The notes below the pieces were generated by a model. The model saw only the letters and a list, made by a program, of their open reading frames with translations. It searched no databases and had not been told where the DNA came from. Made by a program: the position numbers and the translations under genes. Of a stretch of DNA of 64,000 bases, positions 50,770 to 62,980 are shown one piece after another (positions within the stretch are counted from its first letter, which is position 1; every line of letters starts with the position of its first letter). This DNA is from Octopus bimaculoides (taxonomy: Eukaryota): assembly GCF_001194135.2 (NCBI RefSeq), contig NC_068992.1, forward strand, positions 66,289,427 through 66,353,426, in the 5' to 3' direction.

Positions 50770-51158
50770 TCATTAAATCTTGCTATTTTTTCCCTTTTAG
50801 GTGAAGGTTGATGTCCTGCCAGCATCTGGTTGATGGTTGTGTCGTTAAGTGCTTTTTCCATTTTCAATACCTGAAGAAAACACCAGATATTTGGATGACT
50901 TGATGTTATATTCGCCTGTAAATGGTTATGCCATACCTCCAAGGAATTAATTTTTCGTGGCAAATCATTGCATCCATGGCCATATATGTTCTACATACAA
51001 ATAAGAAAGAGTGGGCTGCCTCTGTTACACCGTCCTATTCTACCGATATAAGCATCTTCATAGTAATCAATTACTGGATCTGCTTCATGACACAAATTTT
51101 CTTGTAATTGCTCAAATGCTGTTACAACACTGTCTGCTGGCACAAAAGCCAAGGCCTT
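50770..51158 (-). mobile_element. MULE (Mutator-like) transposase C-terminal fragment, pseudogenised
   Basis: Minus-strand frame KALAFVPADSVVTAFEQL..IDYYEDAYIGR..PLFLICM*NIY..LPRKINSLEVWHNHLQANITSSHPNIWCFLQVLK matches the MULE pattern ALAFVP..YFEDTYIG..PRTNN..EGWHN..HPNIW; premature TAG at 50991-50993. Confidence 0.85.
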
Positions 51159-51718
51159 TTGGCACCTGGTGGTTCTTTACTTCAGCAAACTGAGGAAAAA
51201 TACAATTTTTGAGTACAGGAAGATTCACCGAAATCACAGATAAAGTGAAAGTGTCTGTCGGGCAATTGCTTGTCGGGTCGTCAGTAGCTTCACTACCGGT
51301 GTTATCTGCATGCAGTCCACCCTAAAAGCATGTCCAGGTTCCTGAACATCTTGACATGTTATATGATATTTGTAAACAAAAGGCTCATTTCAATGTCATT
51401 TGCTTCCACTTCTACATGTTATCAATGTTGGACCTTTTGTCGTTTGATAGACTGGGAGGAAATTACAAAACTTGGAAACAGGTAGAGATTGGTGGCAGGA
51501 AAGGCATCCAACTGCCGAAAACTCTGCCCAAATACTCTTGTCTGATCCTTGCAAGCATGGAAAAATAAACATTAAACCAACAATGACAATGAGGAATGTG
51601 TGTGACCATTCTAGTTATGTAGACATGGTTTAACAAAGATTATATTCCAGTTCTGTGATTTTTGATTAATTTGGGTTTGTCTGTGATTTGAAGTGCTACT
51701 ATGACAGAATTACCATTT

Positions 51719-52378
51719 TTAACCTGTGTGAACCCGTCTGTGAGAAGTTAAACCCCCAGTTTGAGTAAAAGATACACCACAGATATCACAATGGTAAGGT
51801 TTCTCCCCAGTATGAATACGTTTATGGACAAGCATACTACTTTTGTTTACAAATGTTTTGCCACAGACATCGCAAGGGTAGGGCTTCTGACCTGTATGAA
51901 TTCGTTTGTGAACGAGCATACCACTTTTGTTTGAGAACGTCTTGCCACAGACGTCACAGGGGTAAGGTTTCTCACCTGTATGAATACGTTTGTGCTGGAG
52001 CATACCACCTTTCTGTGAAAATGATTTGCCACAAATATCACAAGAGAAGGGTTTTTCACCTGTATGACTGCGTGTGTGTACAATCATACCACCTTTCTGG
52101 GAGAATGTTTTGCCACAGATATCACAGTGGTATGGTTTCTCATCTACATGACTATGTTTATGTCCAAGCATACCATCTTTGTTTGAGAACGTCTTACCAG
52201 AAATATCACAGGAAGAGCTCTGTGAATTTGTGTTTTTTAACTTACGTTCAGTGACATGACTAGATTTATCAACACAATTTAATTTCTTCCTTGTATTGAT
52301 GCATCGTTCATCAGATAAACCAATATTCTCAGAGAGTTTTTCACCTTTAACTTGGCCCTCACACTGTTTATCTTCCAT
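51719..52378 (-). CDS. C2H2 zinc-finger protein, 219 aa, 5 intact fingers plus 1 degenerate, TGEKPY linkers
   Basis: ORF 51719..52378; an in-frame TGA lies 7 codons upstream of the ATG; polypyrimidine acceptor (..tttttccag) at 52670-52671 implies a spliced 5' UTR with the last exon starting at 52669. Confidence 0.93.
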   Translation of the reverse strand: MEDKQCEGQVKGEKLSENIGLSDERCINTRKKLNCVDKSSHVTERKLKNTNSQSSSCDISGKTFSNKDGMLGHKHSHVDEKPYHCDICGKTFSQKGGMIVHTRSHTGEKPFSCDICGKSFSQKGGMLQHKRIHTGEKPYPCDVCGKTFSNKSGMLVHKRIHTGQKPYPCDVCGKTFVNKSSMLVHKRIHTGEKPYHCDICGVSFTQTGGLTSHRRVHTG

Positions 52379-53090
52379 AATTCCTTTCTGACCAATATTT
52401 CAATTCCAAAACTCAAACACTACAAAATTATAATTAAAGTATAATTTTAAATTTCTCCAGTTTTAACCACCACCACTCAGCCAGCCAATATATTTCCAAT
52501 CAATTAAACAATAGCTCTTAATTGTAAATCAAATATTTTCCAGTAATTGAACAAGAGTTACAGAAATATTGCCAAAATCATTCTTGATAATGTCCTTCTT
52601 TAGTTCTTAAAATTTCATATTTGTTTAAAGAATCTTGGAGCAGTTCTTGACTCAGATTCACCAGAAAACCTGGAAAAACAATAAAAAAAAAGACAACAGT
52701 GAAAAGATAAGAGAGACAGAGATATCAACATAGTGGAGGTTATTTAAGGGAAGGAACAATGAACGCTGGTGTTATATCTGATTTAAAGCTCAATTCAATC
52801 TGCTCCAATCATCTTCAGATAGTGAATTATATTTTCCTGAAACTATTTATTCTTATTGTTTATTTCCCATTATTAGTAATGCACTGACAAACCTCAAAAT
52901 ACTTTGACTTCAGTCTATAAACAACCATATCTTTTCTTGTTTCACAGTGTTCTATGACAATATAATATAGGAGAATTGTCTTCCACCAGTCATTTATGGA
53001 CAAACTATAATTTTCGAACCTCCTGCATCATTGAAGTATTGGATGAAGTCTGAAAACGAATACTTGACTATTGTTCCAGCAGCTCAGTCT

Positions 53091-53148
53091 CGCCATCCCT
53101 TGCAACAACACCAATACTTAGTGTATAATTGAGGGAGTGCGCATGCGC
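53091..53148 (-). promoter_or_regulatory. Probable promoter of the ZNF gene: NRF1/ewg palindrome GCGCATGCGC (53139-53148) and YY1-like ATGGCG (53091-53096, - strand)
   Basis: Exact NRF1 consensus about 45 bp upstream of a YY1-like motif in the transcript orientation, about 430-480 bp upstream of the UTR acceptor. Confidence 0.55.
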
Positions 53149-55635
53149 TTACTAATTTACTCCTTTTACCCTCATTTCATTACTGTTATTAACTTCAATA
53201 AATTGTGTAGAACTGTGGTTCTTCTGAATTTTAATTCCAAATGAAATAGATTCGAATCGTGTCTGAATGAAGCAACGATCGCAACTAATGGTTGGTCGGC
53301 GATTCTATACCGAGACTAAAAGAATGAAGAATAGAAACACGAAATCATTGCATTTTCTGCCGAAATAATATCACCTCAACAATTACGTTAGCCTGTACAT
53401 GCGTGGCTAGTAATGTTTTGAAAATATAAAATTAACAAAGATAATGTTTGGTGGAATACAGCTGAGACGTGAGAACAATGTCCTTGTCTAAGACAAGAAG
53501 TTTATTATTTGCTGTAATATTTTAATGCTTCCAGTTTACGGTGGTAAATGATCACCGAATGACAGGTATTGGGTGCACAGCGTATCTTAAGATAATCTTG
53601 ACGGTCATTTTTGGAAACAAAACTGATTCGATGTTTAATTCCTTCATTATGTAAAACTTTATATTCCACACAGACAACGAATTCTCCAAAATCTTTACCA
53701 AAATTTTCTCATTAAATTTAATTCTCTCTCTCACTCACTCTCACAAACACGAGATACTCAACCAAATAGGAAAAAGACATCTGTTATGTCTACAATCATA
53801 GATACCCTGAAGAAGATGGAAAGACAAAATCTGGTCACCGGAATTAAGGGTACCTTAACACTATTAACCAACACCCAAACTTTTGACTAAACAATACAAA
53901 ACAACGACAAAGATAAGAGGATATCGAGGTAAAAGTGGAGATATTTGCCCGTCCATTTCCACAGACATCAATCCAACATATGAAATAAGATGGATCTAAC
54001 AGAATTAATAGACAGAATGGTACTTACATAAACAATGTGGAACCAATTTGAAAATATAAGAGGAGGAGGTGATGGTGCCCCACTGAAATGGTCAGAGGTG
54101 TCACAATTAATGTCCAATTATCTCAATTAACCAATGCCGTGTCTATTATTTCTATTAGTCACAGTTTCAATATTGACCAAACTCTCTCGTGCTAAACAAC
54201 AACATTTACGGAGGAGCACCAAGAAGGAAACGGATTTTGGTGGACTGAGACACTGCAATTAACTGGAATGTCTCTCCATGAGGATGTGCCAACCTTCCTT
54301 ACATCAACGCATGTCATAAAGAGCCGTAAATAAATATGCATCTCTCCTTAATTAGGTTTTAATGAATCTAAAGTTAATTAGTTTCCTTAATTCAAAAACG
54401 TAAACACTGACGACCGCCTACAACGGAACTAGAACTCTTTTATTACAACGGAAGCAGAACTCTTTAATTATTGACATAATTTATTCATCGTTAATTATTC
54501 ATTTTGGGAGCATAAAAAAAAAAGAATTAATTAATTTTCAATAATCCAGTCTGTTTTTTTTTTTTTTTTCCCATCAGTTTCTGTCATTTAAACTGCGCCA
54601 ATGCTCAATGGTTTCGTCGACCAAAATGATCCCAGTGTTGTTTTTATTAATATATTAATTTTACTATTTACGAAACTAAACACTAAAAAAACAAACAGAA
54701 ATGAAAATAAAACTAAAAGAAAATCGGCAAATAAATAATGAAAATAGAGGTGCGGGTTAACCTCCAATGTTTGACCCGAGCAAAAAAATGGGGAACAAAA
54801 AGTGTAATAGGTGTAAAACAACATGTAGTTAACGAATATGGAAAAAAAAAAAATGCGCACTGGCGAACGGGAGTGGGTGGGGAGCGGAGTCGGAAAATTC
54901 ACATCGGGAATGTTCCGAAGCCTCTCACCACTTCCCTGTTCGTCGGCGCAATTGTTTCTCTTCATATTCGTTTACTACACATTATTTTACACCAAGTACA
55001 CTATGTTTTTTTCCAGTTTTTGTGATGGAGGGTGGGTGGAGTGCGGATTCAGATAATTCCCACGATCCAGTAACNNNNNNNNNNNNNNNNNNNNNNNNNN
55101 NNNNNNNNNNNNNNNNNNNNNNNNNNNNNNNNNNNNNNNNNNNNNNNNNNNNNNNNNNNNNNNNNNNNNNNNNNNNNNNNNNNNNNNNNNNNNNNNNNNN
55201 NNNNNNNNNNNNNNNNNNNNNNNNNNNNNNNNNNNNNNNNNNNNNNNNNNNNNNNNNNNNNNNNNNNNNNNNNNNNNNNNNNNNNNNNNNNNNNNNNNNN
55301 NNNNNNNNNNNNNNNNNNNNNNNNNNNNNNNNNNNNNNNNNNNNNNNNNNNNNNNNNNNNNNNNNNNNNNNNNNNNNNNNNNNNNNNNNNNNNNNNNNNN
55401 NNNNNNNNNNNNNNNNNNNNNNNNNNNNNNNNNNNNNNNNNNNNNNNNNNNNNNNNNNNNNNNNNNNNNNNNNNNNNNNNNNNNNNNNNNNNNNNNNNNN
55501 NNNNNNNNNNNNNNNNNNNNNNNNNNNNNNNNNNNNNNNNNNNNNNNNNNNNNNNNNNNNNNNNNNNNNNNNNNNNNNAAGAAGTAGCCATATATTTGTG
55601 TGTGTGTATACATACATATCAAAATAAGGATATCC

Positions 55636-56156
55636 AGAGGTAATGCAGTACGGTCGTTTCAAGAAACTCCATTTAATTGAACAATGCAATCATTACATCA
55701 ATTTAAATGCAGAGCAATCCTCAGCTGCATAAAGACATAGAATTTAATTAAATTAAAACAGATGGACACAGTAGAATTTTACCTAAAATCTCCAAGAAGA
55801 TAAGGAGATAGACAAAGAACATGCTGTCTTCACTTCAGCTTAGAAGCTACTAAGATATCAGGAAGAAAGACTTGTTACAAATTTTGCTAGTCACTGTTTT
55901 ATGGGGTCAGTTTTAATTTATAGACTAGTTTATCAAATCTTTGTATATGTGAGGCTTGAAGTGAAGACAGCATGTTCTTTGTCTATCTTCTTACTTTCTT
56001 GGAGATTTTAGGTAAAATTCTACTAACGTGTCCATCTGTTTTAATTTAATTCTATGTCTTTATGCAGCTGAGGATTGCTCTGCATTTAAATTGATGTAAT
56101 GATTGCATTGTTCAATTAAATAGAGTTGCTTGAAACGATTGTACTGCCTTACCTCT
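55636..56156. mobile_element. MITE with about 200-bp terminal inverted repeats
   Basis: 55636-55837 is the reverse complement of 55957-56156 with scattered substitutions and indels; 119-bp spacer. Confidence 0.8.
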
Positions 56157-57655
56157 TTGCCAGATAAGAAAAAAATTGCCAGTGTTCTGTGTAGTGAGGA
56201 CCAAAGACTTGAGGTATTTTGTGTTGCAAGACAGTGTGTGAGACAGAATCGTAATGTCATGGGAGAGAAATGTGTTCGCATGGATGATGGTACGCTTGCA
56301 CTAAATGAGGCTGCAAAGAAAGAGGTCTGGAGATGCCACTACGATAGATTGCTTAATAAAGAGAATGAATGGGAGAAAGAGAGTCTGCTGAATGTCGACC
56401 CAACAGAGGGACCAGCTATCCGAGTTGACANNNNNNNNNNATGAATGGGAGAAAGAGAGTCTGCTGAATGTCGACCCAACAGAGGGACCAGCTATCCGAG
56501 TTGACAGTACCATGGTAGATAAAGCAATTAAGAGTATGAAGACAGGGAAGGCCCCCAGCCCATCAGGAATCACTGCAGGGATGCTCAAAATATCTGGCAG
56601 TGCCGGCTATAGTCTAGTCATCCGTATTAACCAGGTGATACACGAAGGAGTCATACCCAATGACTGGTGTAGCAGCACCATAGTCAACTGCTACAAAGGT
56701 AAAGGCGACGCTTTAGATACAAACAATTACAGAGGTATCAAGCTGTTAGATCAGGTAATGAAAGTCACGGAGAGGGTCATAGCCTAACTACTTAGGGAGC
56801 GAGTCAGTTTAGATGAGATGCAGTTTGGGTTCGTGCTTGGGAAAAGCACCACTGATGCTATATTTCTGGTAAGACAGCTTCAGGAGAAATACCTAGCCAA
56901 GGATAAACCTCTGTACCTGGCTTTCGTTGACATGGAGAAAGCCTTTGACAGGGACCCCCGATCCCTTATCTGGTGGTCAATGAGGAAAATAGGGATGAAA
57001 GAATGGTTAGTGAGAGCTGTGCGAGCCATGTACAGAGACGCTGTCAGTAAGGTGAGGCTTGGCAACGAGTACAGTGAAGAATTCCGGGTAGAGGTAGGGG
57101 TCCACCAAGGTTCTGTCCTCAGCCTCCTTCTATTTATCATAGTCCTCCAGGCTATAACAGAGGAATTCAAGACAGGATGCACTTGGGAGCTCCTCTATGC
57201 TGATGACCTTGCACTAATTGCTGAATCACTATCAGAACTAGAGGAGAAGTTTCAGGTGTGGAAGCAAGGACTAGAATCGAAGGGCTTAAGAGTCAACCTA
57301 GCTAAAAACCAAAATCCTAATAAGTAGGAAGGTAGAAAAAACACAAACACCTTCAGGAAGATGGCACTGCTCGATCTGTAGAAAAGGCGTAGGTGGAAAC
57401 TGTATAAGATGCACCCAGTGCAAGCTATGGACACATATGAGGTGCAGCAATATCAAAGGAAGGTTAACTAGGAAGTTAATTTTTGTATGTAGCAGATGTT
57501 CAGGAGCTATAAAGAATGTAAATGTGCAGAAAACAACTTCTGCCACATTCCAGGGAGAAAAACTAGACGTAGTTGATAGCTTCCGCTATCTAGGTGACCA
57601 AGTTAGTAGTGGTGGAGGGTGCGCTGAAAGTGTAGCTGCTAGAATAGCTGTGTAA
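56157..57655 (+). mobile_element. RTE-clade LINE, RT region with PHD-like insertion; 5'- and 3'-truncated
   Basis: KAPSPSGI, NYRGIKLL, QFGF..STTDAI, FVDMEKAFD, GVHQGSVLS, LYADD motifs; one stop (56785-56787) and one frameshift near 57306; downstream CSIC..CTQC..HMRC..CSRC. Confidence 0.93.
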
Positions 57656-57991
57656 AAAAAAAGGATGATTATATAAATCCGTCTTGATGTAATTTTCAAA
57701 ATCCTACGGCAAAGCGAAATTTTTAATTGATAAATGAAGGGACATTACTGACGAATGACAAATAATAAATCAGAATAGTTTCCCTTCCATTGTAGCAATA
57801 TCTCCAAATGGCAACGTGAAGGCAAAATACGCGAGGCTGTCACATGTTGAGTGGAAGGGAGAGGCAAAGCGAGAGAGGGAGACAGAAAGAAGACTGGTAA
57901 GAGGTGAGAGATTGGATATTTGAAGGGAGGAGTAGAGAGAACATTTTTAGCGGAAGGGATGTGATGTATTGGAAAGAAATTAAGAGTGAGT

Positions 57992-58022
<31 letters not shown>

Positions 58023-58253
58023 TGATATGTATCTATCTGTCTGTCTGTCTGCTAAATCCACTCATGAGACTAGTTTTTCCTGAGTTGTAGTAAAGACACT
58101 TGCCCAAGATGTCATGTAGCAGAAGTGAACCTGAAATTACATGCTTTGGAAGCAGGCCTCTGAACAACACAGCTCGTGTGTCTATTTTATAATGTTGGTG
58201 TGTGTTGTGTATAGTGTTGTTGAGTGGTAAGCATATAACATGTCATTATTATA

Positions 58254-58285
<32 letters not shown>

Positions 58286-58861
58286 TAGAGTGCTGGGGTA
58301 ACTGTTAAATGGTATCATATTATGTCTCTTCTCTTTGTGAATTCATACATAACATGGCTCAACGTTGCCAATCTATCCTTGCATGGTCAATTAAACTCAA
58401 CTACCAATGACTGCATGATGTTGTTGATTTCCCTTCTCCTATTCTCCCTCCATTAGTATATATGGTGTTTCTCTGAACAATAGTTATATAAATTGTCATC
58501 AATATAAGGGCAGATGTAATCGACTCACCCAGCCCCTGAAATTGCTGGCCTTGTGCCAAAATTTGAAACCAATATTAGCGCAGTGGAAAGAACAGAACTG
58601 AGACAAATGATGGACAACAGCACCAAGTAATGTTTAATTATAGTTCTTCCTGTTCTTGGCTGTTCATAGGTTGATCAAATAATGTATTGATTAATTAAAG
58701 TATCAAATTTCCATTTAAGTTAAAATCACACTACAATGGATATTGCCTTTCATGCTTCAGAGTTCGTTAAATAACAACTCAGTTAATTACTGGGTCGTTT
58801 TGATCAGCTGCTTTGGCCTCTATAAATAGTTGTCCTTGTGCCTGTGCAAGACATAGTTCTT

Positions 58862-58894
<33 letters not shown>

Positions 58895-58971
58895 CTGAAT
58901 TGTCAGAAACACCCAAATGTCTTTCTATAGATCTCCGATTCATAAATTGGTCTTATGCTTAGTCATTAGTC

Positions 58972-59094
58972 ATTATTATTGGTGCACTAGGAGCATGGCT
59001 TTAGAAGCTAGGAATTACCATCAGGATGGGACTGTTGCAGGAAACAGCCTTGTTAGGAACAGCAGGGGTTCTAAGGAGAGTGTTAGAAAGCTGA
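58972..59094 (+). mobile_element. C-terminal fragment of an RLE-type (R4/Dong-like) non-LTR retrotransposon
   Basis: IIIGALGAWL*KLGITIRMGLLQETALLGTAGVLRRVLES* resembles the IGALG..LQ..ALL.TA.ILRRVL terminus of restriction-like endonuclease LINEs. Confidence 0.6.
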
Positions 59095-59320
59095 AGGAGA
59101 AGAAATTACCCAAAGGACCTTTGGCTATTGGAAATAACTCACCGTTTTGGTATAGTGTCAGTATAACATCTGCCAGAGCAAAAGCTGAGCAAATACTGCC
59201 AGAATAATCAGGAAAGTATTAGTTGAAAAGAACAGATAGTATGGTACCATAGGCTGCAGGCAGCAAGCCCACTATGCAAGCAAGACTCCAGAAGTTCCAA
59301 CAGAACCTGAAGTAAAAAGA

Positions 59321-59321
<1 letters not shown>

Positions 59322-59381
<60 letters not shown>
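59322..59381. repeat. (AAT)n microsatellite (representative; many (CA)n, (TA)n, (GA)n, (GATA)n and (ATT)n tracts occur throughout)
   Basis: Read directly. Confidence 0.9.
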
Positions 59382-59383
<2 letters not shown>

Positions 59384-59956
59384 TTTATTTTCAATTAGTT
59401 AGATAAATGAATTTTTTCCTAATCAACTTTTATATTTGGTCCTTTCTTGTATTAATCTAAAAGTGTTTCTGTATTGTGTGTGAATTCTGACTATTTTGGG
59501 AAATATCTCTTTTAATGACAGCAGTGAGAAATACAGTAAAAGACAGTTCTCAGGGTATAAAACAGAATATTTAGAACAGAGTATATACAGAAACACGTGG
59601 TTAGAGTCAGAGCATTGACAAAAGTTTGGTGAAATAATCAAAGAATTGTATTATCGGTAATTCTTACTTTACAGAGCTTTAATAACTTTGGATTACTATG
59701 GTTCCACCATTGGTAAAGATGGCATTGTTTGTAAAGAATTCTCTTTCTGTATAAATGAATGTGTGTGTGTGTGTGTGTGTGTGTGCACGCGTGTATGTGT
59801 GTGCACGCGTGTATGTGTGTGTGTATGTGTGTGTGTGTGCATGCATGCATGTGCTTGTGTGTGTGTGTGTGTGTATTTGTGTGAATATGTGTCTATGCAC
59901 ATGTTTTATGTATTCTGGTTTTACAGCAATGCATGCAAGTGTCTGTGTGTGTGTGA

Positions 59957-59991
<35 letters not shown>

Positions 59992-60050
59992 AATATATGT
60001 TGTATGTGTGTCTCTCTATATATATTTATATAATATGATATATATGTGTC

Positions 60051-60107
<57 letters not shown>

Positions 60108-60363
60108 NNNNNNNNNNNNNNNNNNNNNNNNNNNNNNNNNNNNNNNNNNNNNNNNNNNNNNNNNNNNNNNNNNNNNNNNNNNNNNNNNNNNNNNNNNNNN
60201 NNNNNNNNNNNNNNNNNNNNNNNNNNNNNNNNNNNNNNNNNNNNNNNNNNNNNNNNNNNNNNNNNNNNNNNNNNNNNNNNNNNNNNNNNNNNNNNNNNNN
60301 NNNNNNNNNNNNNNNNNNNNNNNNNNNNNNNNNNNNNNNNNNNNNNNNNNNNNNNNNNNNNNN

Positions 60364-60420
<57 letters not shown>

Positions 60421-60587
60421 TATATAAGTATATATGTATATTCAGCTATTCTAAATGTATTATAACTAACTATGTAGTATAAACTCAGTACAAAATACTG
60501 TTGACTTCTGTATTCAAGTCTGTGGTGTCGCTTTGTCTCTTTCTAACAAAAAATACTGTTTCATGTGTGCATGTGTGTGTGTATGTG

Positions 60588-60631
<44 letters not shown>

Positions 60632-60834
60632 TGTATGTGTGCATGTATGTGCAATTGTTTGCCAAGTTATCTGATTTTACTGAAGTGTGTGTCTATGAGA
60701 GAGACACATATACATGCATGCACACCCATTAGATATATTTTGTGTGAAGCAGACAAACATATTACTCCAACAAACTCACACATAAGATAACAAAAAAGCC
60801 CATGTCATCTGAAGTGATGAGGAAGCCCCTGTGC

Positions 60835-61031
60835 CACCACTTCTCAATCACGGCTCCCAGGGCTGCACGTGGCTCTCAAGCATCCTTCTAGCGGCCCTCA
60901 ATGGTCTTCCTTTTATAAATATAATATTTTTTTCTTTAATTGACTTGCGTTTTACTCTTTGGTGTGTGAGTTCCCTAAAAAAATCCAGGTTTTGTATTTG
61001 GCTCAGAAATTAAAATGCTTGAGAACCTCTG
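60835..61031. mobile_element. hAT/Charlie-like MITE, second copy
   Basis: Collinear with 37733-37931 (cccagggct..caagcatcc..aattgacttg..aaaaaatcc.ggtttt..ttgagaacc). Confidence 0.65.
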
Positions 61032-62485
61032 CACTACCTAGTTGCGTAATCTGCAAGAAATAGCAGCCAAATCTTGTTCAAATCAAACTCTTCCTTCTTA
61101 CATGTGGTCGGGAAGGAAACGTCTTATTACACAGCCATGCCAACACCTATACATGTACATTTATTGATAGATGGAGACATTTATACTTGTAGATATTAGT
61201 TTCTAATATTGATACAAGGCTATACATTAGGAGATGTAAAGTCAATTAAATCAGCTCCCGTACTTGAGTGGTATTTTGTTTTATTAACCCTGGATGAAAA
61301 GCATAACTAATTTAGATGCAGTTCCGACACAGAACACAAAGCGCCATAGCAAAACACTGCAGGACATTTTCTCCAATTATCTGTCATTTCTGCTGATTCT
61401 CCTCACATGTACTCGTATATATTGGCTTCAAAATTTGGCACAAGGCCAGCAAGTTTAGGGGAGGGAGCAAGTCGATTACATCGACCCCAGTGCTCTTATT
61501 TTATTGACCCTGAACAGATGAAAGGTAAAGTCAACCTCAGTGGAATTTGAACTCAGAACATGAAGATGGATGAAACATGTATCTGCGTATATTGGCAATC
61601 TTTTAACAAGCTAAGGAGGGAGTTTCTGCACAGTTGTTTGACTTACTAGGCATAGCAACCGAATCTCCCTACAATCTTAGAAAAAGTAGGACACATTGGA
61701 TAAGGTAGTCTGTTTCTCATTAACCACAGCAAACATTTTCAACATTTGGCAACAATCTCCAAATGATTTGAAAAATACTGAATTGCTATAAAAGCTATAA
61801 AATCTAAACCTACAAGGGAGTTCCTTCATTTCCCTCTTCAAAGTTACCATTATTAAGGAGCACTCTGTTATGCCTATAACCCTAATCAACTGCTTGAGTT
61901 TCTCAACACACTAAACATCCTTCACCATTTTTTTCTCTGACCAAACTCTCAAAAATACTTCATTTAACACAATTACGAAGCTATTCAAAATTAAGATTAG
62001 ACTTAACCCCTTCAACAATTTACATCCTTTGACCAGGACATTACACGAAATACCCACAGACCAGTGTACTTAAGGTTTCACCTTTCTGTTAAAATGGTAG
62101 GTCAGTTCTTTTATTCCAAAGATAGGATAGGTCTCTGTAATGTTTGATGAATTTCTTTGAAAGGTGTGTCACTAATGGACTTTTCTGAACCTAGTAACAT
62201 AAGAAGCATAAGAAGCATGCTATAAACGAGTTCTTTTAAATTTGTTCATTCAAAAAGCTAAGTGTTAATGGATTTCTTAAATTTATATTTAACTTTGGTT
62301 TAGGTGTGTTAGTGTACACAAACACATATTAATATAATGCAAGCATGTGCTCACACACATACACCCACACACACTCACACACACACATACACACGCGCAC
62401 ATGCATAAATACATGTTCTTATATATATATATCATCATCATCATCATCATCATCGTTTAATGTCCGTTTTCCATGCTAGCATGGG

Positions 62486-62522
<37 letters not shown>

Positions 62523-62939
62523 NNNNNNNNNNNNNNNNNNNNNNNNNNNNNNNNNNNNNNNNNNNNNNNNNNNNNNNNNNNNNNNNNNNNNNNNNNNNNN
62601 NNNNNNNNNNNNNNNNNNNNNNNNNNNNNNNNNNNNNNNNNNNNNNNNNNNNNNNNNNNNNNNNNNNNNNNNNNNNNNNNNNNNNNNNNNNNNNNNNNNN
62701 NNNNNNNNNNNNNNNNNNNNNNNNNNNNNNNNNNNNNNNNNNNNNNNNNNNNNNNNNNNNNNNNNNNNNNNNNNNNNNNNNNNNNNNNNNNNNNNNNNNN
62801 NNNNNNNNNNNNNNNNNNNNNNNNNNNNNNNNNNNNNNNNNNNNNNNNNNNNNNNNNNNNNNNNNNNNNNNNNNNNNNNNNNNNNNNNNNNNNNNNNNNN
62901 NNNNNNNNNNNNNNNNNNNNNNNNNNNNNNNNNNNNNNN

Positions 62940-62980
<41 letters not shown>

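Noticed and set aside
51847-52254. Overlapping and antisense ORFs on the ZNF
   Set aside because: Shadow frames of the periodic finger repeats.
53800-53860. Hammerhead-like CTGAAGA motif
   Set aside because: No GAAA or UH cleavage triplet at the required spacing.
56365-56506. 66-bp direct repeat within the LINE
   Set aside because: Identical copies flank a 10-N gap and the reading frame is restored by removing 76 nt; unmerged contig overlap.
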